Below are positions 1-9,286 of a DNA stretch of 63,112 nucleotides, piece by piece (the stretch's first letter is position 1; each line of letters begins with the position of its first letter). The position numbers were made by a program, and so were the translations under genes. Source of the DNA: a virus (Duplodnaviria > Caudoviricetes). The stretch spans positions 1-63,112 of IMG/VR virus record IMGVR_UViG_3300043446_002177; one strand, written 5' to 3'. The notes under the pieces are model-generated. The model searched no databases and had not been told where the DNA came from. It saw nothing but the letters and a program-made list of their open reading frames with translations.

Positions 1-296
1 CTACCTGCCATTATTTCGTTAAAATACATTTTGGCCAGCCTACGTGCTGTGCCTTTTGAGTTAGGATCGTTTTCACGATCAATCAGCAAACGATCAAGCA
101 CTAGTTCAAATGCTTCCGTTGCTTCGTTAATTAGATGTTCTTTGTCGCTTTCGTGTAGATAATCGCTGATATTATCCCCAGCCCAGAAACGTTTCCCATC
201 TCGTTTCATTTTAAAACGAAGCACATCGCTAAGGTATGCTTCTTTGTAGCCTTTTTCGCCATACATGGCATCTAGTGCTGTTTCGTTATTGGTCAA
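1..296 (-). CDS. folE: GTP cyclohydrolase I (FolE), N-terminal part; runs off the left edge
   Basis: Not in the ORF track. Manual translation from TTG at 296 (GGAG SD upstream) gives MTNNETALDAMYGEKG...LLIDRENDPNSKGTARRLAKMYFNEIMAG, matching the FolE D-x-n-x-x-x-T-x-x-R-x-A-K-M-Y-x-x-E-I motif. Confidence 0.88.
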   Translation of the reverse strand, partial: MTNNETALDAMYGEKGYKEAYLSDVLRFKMKRDGKRFWAGDNISDYLHESDKEHLINEATEAFELVLDRLLIDRENDPNSKGTARRLAKMYFNEIMAG

Positions 297-339
297 TTTA
301 TTCTCCGAGTTTTTGTCGTGGATGACATATTTTATAATC

Positions 340-1140
340 TTATTTAGGTTTTTGCAACCTCAATAGCGTATTTTTCTTAATTGCTGTCTTCAATACGTTC
401 AATTGTACACCTAATTTGCTCGATATTTTAGATAAAGCACTGGTATCTTTAGGAAAACACATTCCTCCAAATCCGTAGTAATTGTCAGGCCCTGGAACTT
501 GCAAATGACTAGATCCAATTCTCTTATCTAACATTAACGATTGAATCATATCTTGCCATTTGTAACCGTGTGCTTTTGCTAGTTCTTCCATTTCATTCAT
601 AAAAACTACTTTAGTAGCTAAGAATGAGTTAATAATATATTTGGTTAGAGCAGCTTCTCCAATTGTAGTGTATCTAACATGTTTAATAGGTTGCACACCT
701 TTTAGTATACGTTCAGCTTCTCTTTGATATGCTAATACAATTCCTCCAATAATTACATTTTCTTGATTGATAAAATCTTTTAATGCATTAGCGGCAGTCA
801 AAAACTCCGGCACGTGAACTAAATTAGGATACACAGTTTGCATTTTTTCATAAAATGCGGGCGGTGCAGTTGTTTTACTGATAATAACATTTTTAAAATC
901 TTTTAAAAGATATAATACTGCATTTAATATACTAGTATCGCATTCACCGTTTTCTTTACTTGGACTTGGTACGCAGACAAATACAGCTTCACAGTCTGCA
1001 AGATCTGCATAAGTTCCTGTACTTTTTTCTGGATCAACATCTATACAAACAACATTGAAGTCGTGATCTGCATAGGCGGTTTTTATAGCATTACCTACAA
1101 ATCCTAATCCTATAATACCAATTTTAGGCATTTCAAACAT
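340..1140 (-). CDS. UDP-glucose/GDP-mannose dehydrogenase family protein (short form)
   Basis: Rossmann GIIGLGFVG, VCVPSP, PEFL, K-Y-x-x-N-S-F-L-A-T-K and GFGGMCFPKD catalytic Cys motif; likely start MFEMPK at 1140. Confidence 0.88.
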   Translation of the reverse strand: MFEMPKIGIIGLGFVGNAIKTAYADHDFNVVCIDVDPEKSTGTYADLADCEAVFVCVPSPSKENGECDTSILNAVLYLLKDFKNVIISKTTAPPAFYEKMQTVYPNLVHVPEFLTAANALKDFINQENVIIGGIVLAYQREAERILKGVQPIKHVRYTTIGEAALTKYIINSFLATKVVFMNEMEELAKAHGYKWQDMIQSLMLDKRIGSSHLQVPGPDNYYGFGGMCFPKDTSALSKISSKLGVQLNVLKTAIKKNTLLRLQKPK

Positions 1141-1337
1141 TAGGTACTGATTCCCTTGTTGTACGGTTGTTGCATTCGTTGTTTGCGGCATTCTTCTTTT
1201 ACTTCTTTAGGTATATCTGGGTGCCATTCAGCCATGCCGCAGTCGTAAAACTTAATACGTTCTTCAGGCATAGGGATAATGGCTAGTAATCCTATCCAAA
1301 ACGCTGTGGCAAGTAACGCACCAATAAAATATTTCAC
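1140..1337 (-). CDS. small membrane protein
   Basis: N-terminal hydrophobic helix; overlaps neighbours at start/stop. Confidence 0.6.
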   Translation of the reverse strand: MKYFIGALLATAFWIGLLAIIPMPEERIKFYDCGMAEWHPDIPKEVKEECRKQRMQQPYNKGIST

Positions 1338-1630
1338 AGTCTCTCGCTTAATAATATTCTACACAAATCTGCGTCTTTTTTATTCTTAAAAGTGAAAGTC
1401 ATATAATCTGGACAAGGTTTATAATAAAACCTATTTCCAGGTAATCCAAATACTTCTAATACTGAAGCACAACTTTCATTCCACCATTGGGATCCTTGGT
1501 TGCGCCAGTTGAGAGTTACAATGTGTTCTTTAGGTAACGGAGATCTAAACCACTCTGGTTTTCTAGTAAGATCAAACGGTTTATGTTTTTTATCTGTCAT
1601 CGTCAAAATCGACCCGTTCGTTATCTTCAA
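1334..1630 (-). CDS. hypothetical phage protein
   Basis: In operon, coupled by ATGA overlap; true start may be MTDKK at about 1600. Confidence 0.55.
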   Translation of the reverse strand: MKITNGSILTMTDKKHKPFDLTRKPEWFRSPLPKEHIVTLNWRNQGSQWWNESCASVLEVFGLPGNRFYYKPCPDYMTFTFKNKKDADLCRILLSERL

Positions 1631-1787
1631 TCCACTGTAGTTTAGTTAAACGTGCAATTTCATCTTTTAGCATAAGTTTACGCTTTTTCATTTCTGAAAT
1701 TTGTTCGTCAGTATAATTACCTTCGGTAATTTGCTTGTCTAATACACGATGACTTTCTTCAAGAGTTTGAATTCTGCTTCTGTACAC
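1590..1787 (-). CDS. small coiled-coil protein (DUF465/YdcH-like)
   Basis: L-E-E-S-H-x-x-L-D-x-x-I ... K-K-R-K-L-x-L-K-D-E-I pattern. Confidence 0.6.
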   Translation of the reverse strand: MYRSRIQTLEESHRVLDKQITEGNYTDEQISEMKKRKLMLKDEIARLTKLQWIEDNERVDFDDDR

Positions 1788-2157
1788 GATAATTTCCTTT
1801 CTCTGGTATTACATGACGCACACCGCCACGTGGATCCTCCATGTCACCTTTTCTTCTTGGAATCATATGAACATGGGAATACATCACTGTTTGTCCTGCA
1901 GCTTCTCCGACATTTTGTCCGATATTAAAAGCGTCCCAACTTTCGTCACGTACTCCAAGTTGTCCGTATTGGTACGCTGCTTTGATGCATTCAAATAGGT
2001 TTGCAAATGTGTCTTCGGTAGGCACAAATAACAAATGCCCTTGGGTAACTGGATATGCATCTTTGAAGACCCAATAATATTCTGATTTGAATTTAATGTT
2101 TTCTTCTTCCCATGGGACAAGTTTTTCATTCATAGCCCTTTCTAGTTCGGTTTTCAT
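1759..2157 (-). CDS. HIT family nucleotide hydrolase
   Basis: DAYPVTQGHLLFVP, FNIGQNVGEAAGQTV, HVHMIPRRKGD. Confidence 0.92.
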   Translation of the reverse strand: MKTELERAMNEKLVPWEEENIKFKSEYYWVFKDAYPVTQGHLLFVPTEDTFANLFECIKAAYQYGQLGVRDESWDAFNIGQNVGEAAGQTVMYSHVHMIPRRKGDMEDPRGGVRHVIPEKGNYRVQKQNSNS

Positions 2158-2166
2158 AAATTACCT

Positions 2167-3246
2167 TCATTTTAAAAAAATATCATTAATTTGCCTATTA
2201 ACACGAATAAATGTTGTGCATTTACTTAATTGCTTTAGACTAGGCGCACCAACATAGGTGCAAGTACTGCGAATACCACCTAGTAAATCTAATACAGTAT
2301 CGTTAACAGACCCTTTAAACGGAATTTCTACTGTACGACCTTCGCTACTACGATAGTTGGCAACACCGCCATGATGTTTTTCCATAGCAGTATCACTGCT
2401 CATTCCGTAGAATTTAACATAATCTTTAGTGTCAACATATTGAGTACCGGTTTCATTACTTAATTCGTTTGAAACAAAACTTTTATGTATAACAGTTCCA
2501 CCACCTTCTATGTGTCCTGCAAGCATACCGCCCAGCATAACAAAATCGGCACCAGCACCAAAGGCTTTAGCAACGTCGCCAGGACAAGTGCAACCACCAT
2601 CAGCGATAATATGTCCGCCAAGGCCATGAGCAGCATCACTACATTCAATAATTGCGGAGAGTTGGGGATATCCACAACCAGTCTGAATCCTTGTAGTACA
2701 TACACTACCAGGACCAATGCCCACTTTAACGATATCAGCTCCACGTAGTATTAACTCCTGTGTCATGTCTGCGGTAACAACATTACCTGCAATAATTGTA
2801 CAATGCGGAAATGTTTCTCTAACTTTTTGAACAAAATCTCCAAATCGTTCTTGATACCCATTAGCTACATCTATGCAGATAAAATGTATCTCTGGGTAAG
2901 CATTGACAATTTGTCGCAACTGGAGAAAATCTTTATCACTGGTACCAGTGCTAACTGCAAAATATTGCCCGCCAAATTTACTTGTTAGATCAAAAAGATC
3001 ATCTTCGGCGTAGCTCTTAACTAGACAGGTAAACATCTGATGTTTATACAATGCTCGAGCCATGTCTATTGTACCTACACCGTCCATGTTTGCAGCCATA
3101 ATTGGAATACCAGTCCATGACTTCTTACTGTGTTTAAATTTATAGGTACGATTTAAATCCACTTCTTTACGGCTAGCTAATGTACTACGCTTAGGACGAA
3201 TTAATACATCCTTAAAGTCAAGTTTGATTTCGTCTTCAATTCTCAT
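2167..3246 (-). CDS. guaC: GMP reductase
   Basis: [63 protein letters not shown]; start MRIE at 3246. Confidence 0.95.
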   Translation of the reverse strand: MRIEDEIKLDFKDVLIRPKRSTLASRKEVDLNRTYKFKHSKKSWTGIPIMAANMDGVGTIDMARALYKHQMFTCLVKSYAEDDLFDLTSKFGGQYFAVSTGTSDKDFLQLRQIVNAYPEIHFICIDVANGYQERFGDFVQKVRETFPHCTIIAGNVVTADMTQELILRGADIVKVGIGPGSVCTTRIQTGCGYPQLSAIIECSDAAHGLGGHIIADGGCTCPGDVAKAFGAGADFVMLGGMLAGHIEGGGTVIHKSFVSNELSNETGTQYVDTKDYVKFYGMSSDTAMEKHHGGVANYRSSEGRTVEIPFKGSVNDTVLDLLGGIRSTCTYVGAPSLKQLSKCTTFIRVNRQINDIFLK

Positions 3247-3830
3247 TGTTCCCACCATGCTTCGTAAGGGAATTCGATCCACACATCATTTTCTGCTTTG
3301 TTAACTTCCATAGCAGAAAAGTCCATTTTTACATTACATTTACTAGCTTGGTTATCCACTAACACTGCAAACTTTACATTATTGTTCCAGACATGCTTCC
3401 AATCAGGATCGTTGGGCAAACAGCTACTAGGCCAGTCATTTATAATCCAGTTAAATGTTGCACCTGTATCATTAATGTCATCAACAATAAGAATGTTCTT
3501 AAAATTACTGCCTTCTTCTAACAATGAGCTGGCAGCATCTAAAACTGACCCAACATCGTTTTCGTCTGCTACAAATCTTTCTTGTTTGGGATAACCTAGT
3601 GCATCTTCAGCTATACCACAATCGCTAACACATTCGCCGCCGTCACGTAAACTTACTTGTAACGGTTTCATAGGAATATTAAAGTAGTGACTAATCATGA
3701 CAGCAGGAACAAGGCCGCCACGACTAATACCTACAATATAATCAGGTCTCCAACCGCTATTAGCAATATCTCTACAGAGCTTGCTAATTAATTTTTTTAA
3801 GTCTTGATCTTTAAGTATTAGTTTGTTCAT
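3243..3830 (-). CDS. type I phosphoribosyltransferase (purine PRTase-like)
   Basis: [28 protein letters not shown]-binding motif, C-terminal WIEFPYE. Confidence 0.9.
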   Translation of the reverse strand: MNKLILKDQDLKKLISKLCRDIANSGWRPDYIVGISRGGLVPAVMISHYFNIPMKPLQVSLRDGGECVSDCGIAEDALGYPKQERFVADENDVGSVLDAASSLLEEGSNFKNILIVDDINDTGATFNWIINDWPSSCLPNDPDWKHVWNNNVKFAVLVDNQASKCNVKMDFSAMEVNKAENDVWIEFPYEAWWEQ

Positions 3831-4191
3831 TATTGCCCTTTAATTCTTCCCACATTCTATACTTTGATAACTCTTTAATATATGCATCGTACATTTTTTT
3901 GAGTTTAGGATATTTCTTTTCCATTATAACATCACGCTCTGGAATCATCAAGACTTTTTCTATTGTAGTTAACCGTTCTTCTAAATCTCGACCATTGTGG
4001 ATAATTTTACCTTTGACTTCTAAACTGGCAGGATCGTTAGTTACAACTACTGACGGACTAAGTTGATATCCACTAGTATTGGTCCATGTTGTTCCGTTAA
4101 TACCTGTAGTGGTTAAAAATGCTCCGCTAGGAATGCCAGTAGGAGAACTAATTTGATATGTTGGTAGATTTACGCCAGTTGAAGTAGTCAT
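3811..4191 (-). CDS. hypothetical phage protein (Thr/Ser-rich N-terminus, KKYPxLK C-terminal motif)
   Basis: In operon; C-terminus resembles that of 4611..5072. Confidence 0.6.
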   Translation of the reverse strand: MTTSTGVNLPTYQISSPTGIPSGAFLTTTGINGTTWTNTSGYQLSPSVVVTNDPASLEVKGKIIHNGRDLEERLTTIEKVLMIPERDVIMEKKYPKLKKMYDAYIKELSKYRMWEELKGNNEQTNT

Positions 4192-4636
4192 TATGTTGAA
4201 CCCATTTATCTTTAACTAAGAATCCCCATTCTCGTTTGTGTGGACCTGGCATAAACAGTGTCCAACATTCAACACCGGGATCTAATTCAATTCTGTGATA
4301 ACTATTAGCACCACAGGTACGGAAACTACCAGCGCCACGCCATTTGGCAATTTCACCTATCTTTTTACCTTCCTCGTTAAATTGAGGAATCCATTCCCAA
4401 TAACCACCTTTAAGTATTAGTGTGGCATAAGGCCAGGGATGATCGTGAACGTCATCTGGATCACTCTTTAAAAATTTGTGTAAGAAAACGTTAAACGGAA
4501 ACCACTTACGATCTGTAAGAAAGATGTAGTACCGTTCTAAATAGGGTTCGCTGTCAAGCCTATCTAAAATAATACGTTTACGCCCGGTGCGTTCTAAAAG
4601 ACTAAAGAATTTATTTTTTAGGAACTGGATTATCAT
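4148..4636 (-). CDS. cupin-fold protein
   Basis: H-K-F-x-x-S-D-x-D-x-x-H-D-H-P-W ... GGYWE ... HRIEL ... WTLF ... WGF metal-binding cupin pattern. Confidence 0.7.
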   Translation of the reverse strand: MIIQFLKNKFFSLLERTGRKRIILDRLDSEPYLERYYIFLTDRKWFPFNVFLHKFLKSDPDDVHDHPWPYATLILKGGYWEWIPQFNEEGKKIGEIAKWRGAGSFRTCGANSYHRIELDPGVECWTLFMPGPHKREWGFLVKDKWVQHNDYFNWRKSTNISN

Positions 4637-5072
4637 AGTCGTCCTTTACCATTTCATAAAACACTTTGAAGTTGTCAAAGGCAATTTTTAAACCTGGATA
4701 TTTTTTACACATATCCTCTACGCGACCTAGTGGCGGCAAACAGTCAACCCATTCTTTAGGAATATTAAACGCTGAGTAATTGTCTATGCCTGTAAGTGTT
4801 ATAGTGTCACTTGTTGATAACGTGCTAATAGTATAAGTGCCTCCGGCTCCGGCATAGGTGGTTCCGGCACTACCAGTAGGACCAAGTGTAATTGTTGGAA
4901 TTGATGTAGCATAGTTATAACTTGATCCTCCAGCTGTAATAGTTATGTCGTCGTTCATGCTGGCACCTGCACCTGCAAGATCAATAGTACATTCTTTTAT
5001 AATATCATCTAAGCTACGACCATTAATTAGTAATGGTTCTAATGAGTCCTTGGGCTGAGAAGAATCGCTCAT
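4611..5072 (-). CDS. hypothetical phage protein (Thr/Gly-rich, KKYPxLK C-terminal motif)
   Basis: In operon; resembles 3811..4191. Confidence 0.6.
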   Translation of the reverse strand: MSDSSQPKDSLEPLLINGRSLDDIIKECTIDLAGAGASMNDDITITAGGSSYNYATSIPTITLGPTGSAGTTYAGAGGTYTISTLSTSDTITLTGIDNYSAFNIPKEWVDCLPPLGRVEDMCKKYPGLKIAFDNFKVFYEMVKDDYDNPVPKK

Positions 5073-6117
5073 GTAAATCCTCCGTTTGTTTTACTAGCAT
5101 AGGAAGTCGTGTGCGATAATTCTCCATATGCTCTATGATTGTTTTAACAAGATGTGGTCTATGTGTGTCATATGCTTCGTAACTTTCTGTCCATTCTGAA
5201 GGATATTTGAAAGTGTCATAATACATTTCTGTATACGATAGACGATTAGGTACCATAGGAATAGCATCAACAATGGCACCTTCGTAACAGCTAATACCTA
5301 GTGTTTCTTGTAAGTTAGCACTAAACACTAGTTTAGCTTCTCCTAACAAGTTATGATATTCATTTTTAGTTAACTGTTGATCCTGACAAACAACAAATTC
5401 ATATTGTGGAAGATGATGTTTAAGATCTCTAAAAATTTCTACTTGTTTTTCTGGAGCGATACGATGTGGAAACAAGATTAAATCTCGTTTAGGCATGCCC
5501 TTGTATGGAATAAGAATATCTTTGAGATATTCCATAGGCCAACCTGTACGAACTATTTTGGGAAATTTGCCCTCAAGAATTTCTTTTAGGTCTTCCTCAA
5601 TCCACGGATTTAACATTTCGTTATTAAGAAGATTTCTAAAAAACATCTCAATATGAAAGTTGGTAGCAAAGTAGTTATAATCAATTGCATGAAAGAATGA
5701 TTTTTCTGCGTGACGTACCCACGGAGCATCTCCAATCAATCGACCTAGAAAGTCTTGAGGGTCATAACTACCAGCATGCCATAGAGCGTGAATCTTGACA
5801 GGAATGCCGAGAAGCTCGCTCATGTATTTTAAGTTTATGATACCAGGATGCCAAGCATCAGTAAACAAAAAATGATCGCCAGGCTTAACTGCTCCGGATG
5901 TAAATAAACGGCCCATTCTTTCAACTTGAGCAGACTTATAGATATTAGTCCCGCCAAAATTGAGAAAGGCACCAGGAGTAGTGGCACTAGGAATATCTTC
6001 AGGACCAGAGATAACTTGAACCTCAAGTCCTGCCCTTTTAAAAATTTTGGGTACATGTTCTTTCCACTGTGCTGTATAACGAGTTTCTACAGCCTCTAAA
6101 TCAACAATATAGATCAT
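5023..6117 (-). CDS. GT-B fold glycosyltransferase
   Basis: FPHRIAPEKQ, FSANLQETLGISCYEG, PNRLSYTEM match the GT-B donor-binding C-terminal domain pattern. Confidence 0.8.
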   Translation of the reverse strand: MIYIVDLEAVETRYTAQWKEHVPKIFKRAGLEVQVISGPEDIPSATTPGAFLNFGGTNIYKSAQVERMGRLFTSGAVKPGDHFLFTDAWHPGIINLKYMSELLGIPVKIHALWHAGSYDPQDFLGRLIGDAPWVRHAEKSFFHAIDYNYFATNFHIEMFFRNLLNNEMLNPWIEEDLKEILEGKFPKIVRTGWPMEYLKDILIPYKGMPKRDLILFPHRIAPEKQVEIFRDLKHHLPQYEFVVCQDQQLTKNEYHNLLGEAKLVFSANLQETLGISCYEGAIVDAIPMVPNRLSYTEMYYDTFKYPSEWTESYEAYDTHRPHLVKTIIEHMENYRTRLPMLVKQTEDLHERFFSAQGLIRTITN

Positions 6118-6353
6118 CGTTGGTAGTTGCGATTATAGTTTCCACTGCGGTTATATTCACCGCGAGGCTTGCGTGGACGAGTACTTTGGTAATATCTGTT
6201 CCAAATGTCACTTTGTCTATTATACAAGTTGGCTTCATTAAACTCGCATAACTCAAAGCGACAAAAATCGCGGAAAGCATCAAGATCATCAAAGATCTTA
6301 ACAATGTCAGGACGAGATTCAAAATAAGCAAAGCCTTTGTAATTAGTAGCCAT
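6114..6353 (-). CDS. hypothetical phage protein
   Basis: Likely start MATNYKG after AAGGA; coupled to the GT gene. Confidence 0.55.
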   Translation of the reverse strand: MATNYKGFAYFESRPDIVKIFDDLDAFRDFCRFELCEFNEANLYNRQSDIWNRYYQSTRPRKPRGEYNRSGNYNRNYQR

Positions 6354-6369
6354 GATAGCTTTTTTCCTT

Positions 6370-6759
6370 TTAATACTTAATAAACGAACCATTTTCTCCG
6401 TCTTCGGAGACCTCAATCCAAACCTCACGGCCAGGATACTTTGTTGAAATAGTTTCAAACAAATCGTCTGAAATCATTTCGCAACTCTTATAGTTTAGCG
6501 TCAATGTGCTTTCGTTGTAAAGTTTTTCGAGCCAACGCTTAAACTGAATAAACTCAATATCACGATCATCGTGGAACACTTCAATATAAACTTTAAAATG
6601 GAAAATGTGACGATGAGGCGTACCTAAAAAACTAACATCGTATTCGTCGCCTGTGGCAAGTTTAGGATCTGTAGCCGCTGCCGGATACATATGAATACCT
6701 TCTTTGCGAAAGGTAACCCAGATCATTTTTTTAGGTCTTACATCTTGTCTAACAATCAT
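6370..6759 (-). CDS. dpdL: QueD-like T-fold protein, DpdL-type (candidate CDG decarboxylase)
   Basis: FLGTPHRHIFHF (LxxxHRHxF), DRDIEF, KSCEM, VSEDGENG; lies in the deazaguanine cluster. Confidence 0.7.
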   Translation of the reverse strand: MIVRQDVRPKKMIWVTFRKEGIHMYPAAATDPKLATGDEYDVSFLGTPHRHIFHFKVYIEVFHDDRDIEFIQFKRWLEKLYNESTLTLNYKSCEMISDDLFETISTKYPGREVWIEVSEDGENGSFIKY

Positions 6760-6959
6760 TTCACTAATCCTTGTGCTAGTGTTGCAATTTCTGCATCTGT
6801 CATAAAAAATTGATAAACTGAGCTAAACTCAACTTCACCATCTTTATCTTTACATTCTTGTACAAATTCAACAGCATTTAAGTCAGAAGGACTAAGGCAC
6901 TTCCAACTTTTTACTTTGAGTCTAAATGCTTGAGAATCCTTAACTACGAATTCTTTCAT
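6756..6959 (-). CDS. hypothetical phage protein
   Basis: ATGA-coupled on both sides. Confidence 0.55.
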   Translation of the reverse strand: MKEFVVKDSQAFRLKVKSWKCLSPSDLNAVEFVQECKDKDGEVEFSSVYQFFMTDAEIATLAQGLVK

Positions 6960-7498
6960 TTGATAACCTCGTCGTTTTTATATTGTGACCAGTCTGTGAA
7001 CTTACTACGATCCATTAGTGTATGTAGACTGTGGGACCATACACCGGGATTAGTTGCCTTAAAATCTTTGTCATCAATTTTAAGCATTGTATTATAATTC
7101 CACAAACGAATGTAAGGAATTGGCACACGAATTTGCGGAATAAAATTATCACGCTCACAAAGACCACTTTCGTTAAATTCTTCAACTTGATTCATAGGAA
7201 TATCAAGTGAGCAAAGATATCCTTTTTCTAAGTAGTAATAAATCATTTCTTCCCATGCATGATGTTCTTCAGGGATAGAAGGATTGTAACTATGATTAGC
7301 ACCAAAGAAAATATGACGAATATGCTTAATTGTGTCTGTGTAAGAGTTTTGATCGTTTAAGATACTGTCAATAGCATCAGTAGGTTGTACGCCTGTAACA
7401 AACAGAGTCTTCATTCCGTAGGCAGGCGTATGCTCTACTTCATTTCCAATAAAGAATATAATGTTGTCTGCCTGACCGGTTGTATAATCACGATTCAT
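6956..7498 (-). CDS. hypothetical phage protein in the modification cluster
   Basis: G-x-E-V-E-H-T-P-A-x-G-x-x-T-L-F-V ... KIDDKDF-x-A-T-N-P-G-V-W; between dpdA-like and dpdL-like genes. Confidence 0.65.
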   Translation of the reverse strand: MNRDYTTGQADNIIFFIGNEVEHTPAYGMKTLFVTGVQPTDAIDSILNDQNSYTDTIKHIRHIFFGANHSYNPSIPEEHHAWEEMIYYYLEKGYLCSLDIPMNQVEEFNESGLCERDNFIPQIRVPIPYIRLWNYNTMLKIDDKDFKATNPGVWSHSLHTLMDRSKFTDWSQYKNDEVIK

Positions 7499-7739
7499 TT
7501 TTGTTTTGCTCGTATTGTTTGAATAAACGGGTCACAGGTTCCATACGTTCCTGAAACACATGTGGACTAGCTTCAGCTGCCTGCTGCATATCCCAATTAC
7601 TAGGATAATGTCTAAGGCATCCGCTTGCACGTTGTCTAATAATTTTGGGAACTCTAGGAGTGACAGTACGGTCACAAAGATCCTTTAACAATTGTTCCGC
7701 CATTTTAACGGCACGATACCGTTCGTCGGGTAGTGTCAT
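7488..7739 (-). CDS. small protein (BPSL0761-like)
   Basis: MTLPDERYRAV ... R-x-R-A-x-x-x-L-R-H-Y-P pattern. Confidence 0.55.
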   Translation of the reverse strand: MTLPDERYRAVKMAEQLLKDLCDRTVTPRVPKIIRQRASGCLRHYPSNWDMQQAAEASPHVFQERMEPVTRLFKQYEQNKNES

Positions 7740-9286
7740 TCTTTTACCTGTAATTCGAGCTGGTCTAATTTGGATTCTTCTTCGTCAGTGAATTCATCAC
7801 TATGTTCGGATTGTACACTATTATCATTAACTTCGTCAAATAAATTGGCAAACATAGTTGAAGCGTTTATAGTCTTTTTACCAGTAGCACCACGGGTACC
7901 AATAATGCTCATCCAAAAACGGCTGTATTCTTCTACCACGGCATCAGCAGTGCCTCTGTCGCTAGTAGCAAAAATTGCTTCAACTACATCCTTAAAGAAT
8001 AGTCTATCAAACTTTTCCTGTACTAACATAGACGGAATACTACCTAAATCATATTGTCGATTGGCTTCTTGAACGGCATTAATGTGACTCCAGACATTAT
8101 GACCCATTTGAATAGCATAGCTAAAACTATCCCAACTGGTTCGACCTTCTCTACCTATTTTATTTAGGTCGCCTGGCGCATATATGCAAATATCTTTCAT
8201 TTGAACTTGGTCGATGAGCGGGCTGGATTCAAAATTTCTGAATATTCCGTCTTGAATGACCGCGTCTTTGAAGAGCCTTGTATCGCTGGCGTATCGCTTG
8301 TCATCTGCGCTAGGAACCATTCGGTAGACCCATTTCGTTCTGTCTTGCGTCTCGGTTTGGATGTAGATCTGGCCATTTGCGGTTGCGAGGAATGGACTCG
8401 CACAATCAAACGATATTGTGAACTGGTCATTGTGATATTTCCTTACGGCACGTTGTATGTCTGTTAATAAACATGCCCATTCTAATTTACTAGTTCCTAA
8501 AAAGTGCATCCAGTCTTGTTTGCCTTTTTCTAGTAGCCCGTCAAACCGTAGTGCTACTAAACGTTTTAATGTTAGGTGTATGTCGCACATGTTTTGTCCG
8601 CCCATAGCCCAGCCGTTAAAGTGTCTGCCTGGATACTGTTTGGGGTCGCAGTATTTTTTCATACGCTGATACCAATCTTCAGCATCTGTATGATTTTCAC
8701 CCTGTAGTACATTTAAGAACTTACAATTACCGTTACGGTTATTAACAAAATAATCGTTATTAATGTAAGTTCCTTGAACTGCTTCTGCATAGGTAGTAAT
8801 ACCTGTGGCCTTTTGTCCCGCTGGGGATCTAGCTACCCAAGCTGGGATATCTAGAATCATGCCATAGTCCATAAGTGTGTCCATCCATGTTAACACTTGG
8901 CTACGTTTCTTTTGTGCTTTAGGACAATTAGGATCTTTCCAATCAGCTTCCCATACACCTTTACCAATCTGGAAACCACCTGAGTCACCTAGAACCCAAC
9001 TAGTAGCACGATTGCGATTACGGAACATGTCCTCGCTTTCGTCTTTTTTATTAAGATCTAAATTAGCATGGCCTGCAGAGTAAAGACACCAGTTGTAGTA
9101 AAATGCACCCTTATCTGGTTCTAGATAATTAAGACTTTCTACACCGTTTGTAAAACTTGCAGGGATACGTGCAGGATCTACATAGTTACCGTAGCGTTGC
9201 TTGCCTATAAACGTAGCATAAAAGCCAGACGTTGCAGGCAAGAACACTGCATAGTCTTTTTGTGTACTAGTTAAATCTCTATTCAT
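7736..9286 (-). CDS. dpdA: TGT-fold transglycosylase, DpdA-like (candidate DNA 7-deazaguanine insertase)
   Basis: DSGGFQ, ILDIP, VLQG, GWAMGG, HFLG and SFD TGT motifs; 516 aa; adjacent to the clamp gene. Confidence 0.78.
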   Translation of the reverse strand: MNRDLTSTQKDYAVFLPATSGFYATFIGKQRYGNYVDPARIPASFTNGVESLNYLEPDKGAFYYNWCLYSAGHANLDLNKKDESEDMFRNRNRATSWVLGDSGGFQIGKGVWEADWKDPNCPKAQKKRSQVLTWMDTLMDYGMILDIPAWVARSPAGQKATGITTYAEAVQGTYINNDYFVNNRNGNCKFLNVLQGENHTDAEDWYQRMKKYCDPKQYPGRHFNGWAMGGQNMCDIHLTLKRLVALRFDGLLEKGKQDWMHFLGTSKLEWACLLTDIQRAVRKYHNDQFTISFDCASPFLATANGQIYIQTETQDRTKWVYRMVPSADDKRYASDTRLFKDAVIQDGIFRNFESSPLIDQVQMKDICIYAPGDLNKIGREGRTSWDSFSYAIQMGHNVWSHINAVQEANRQYDLGSIPSMLVQEKFDRLFFKDVVEAIFATSDRGTADAVVEEYSRFWMSIIGTRGATGKKTINASTMFANLFDEVNDNSVQSEHSDEFTDEEESKLDQLELQVKE

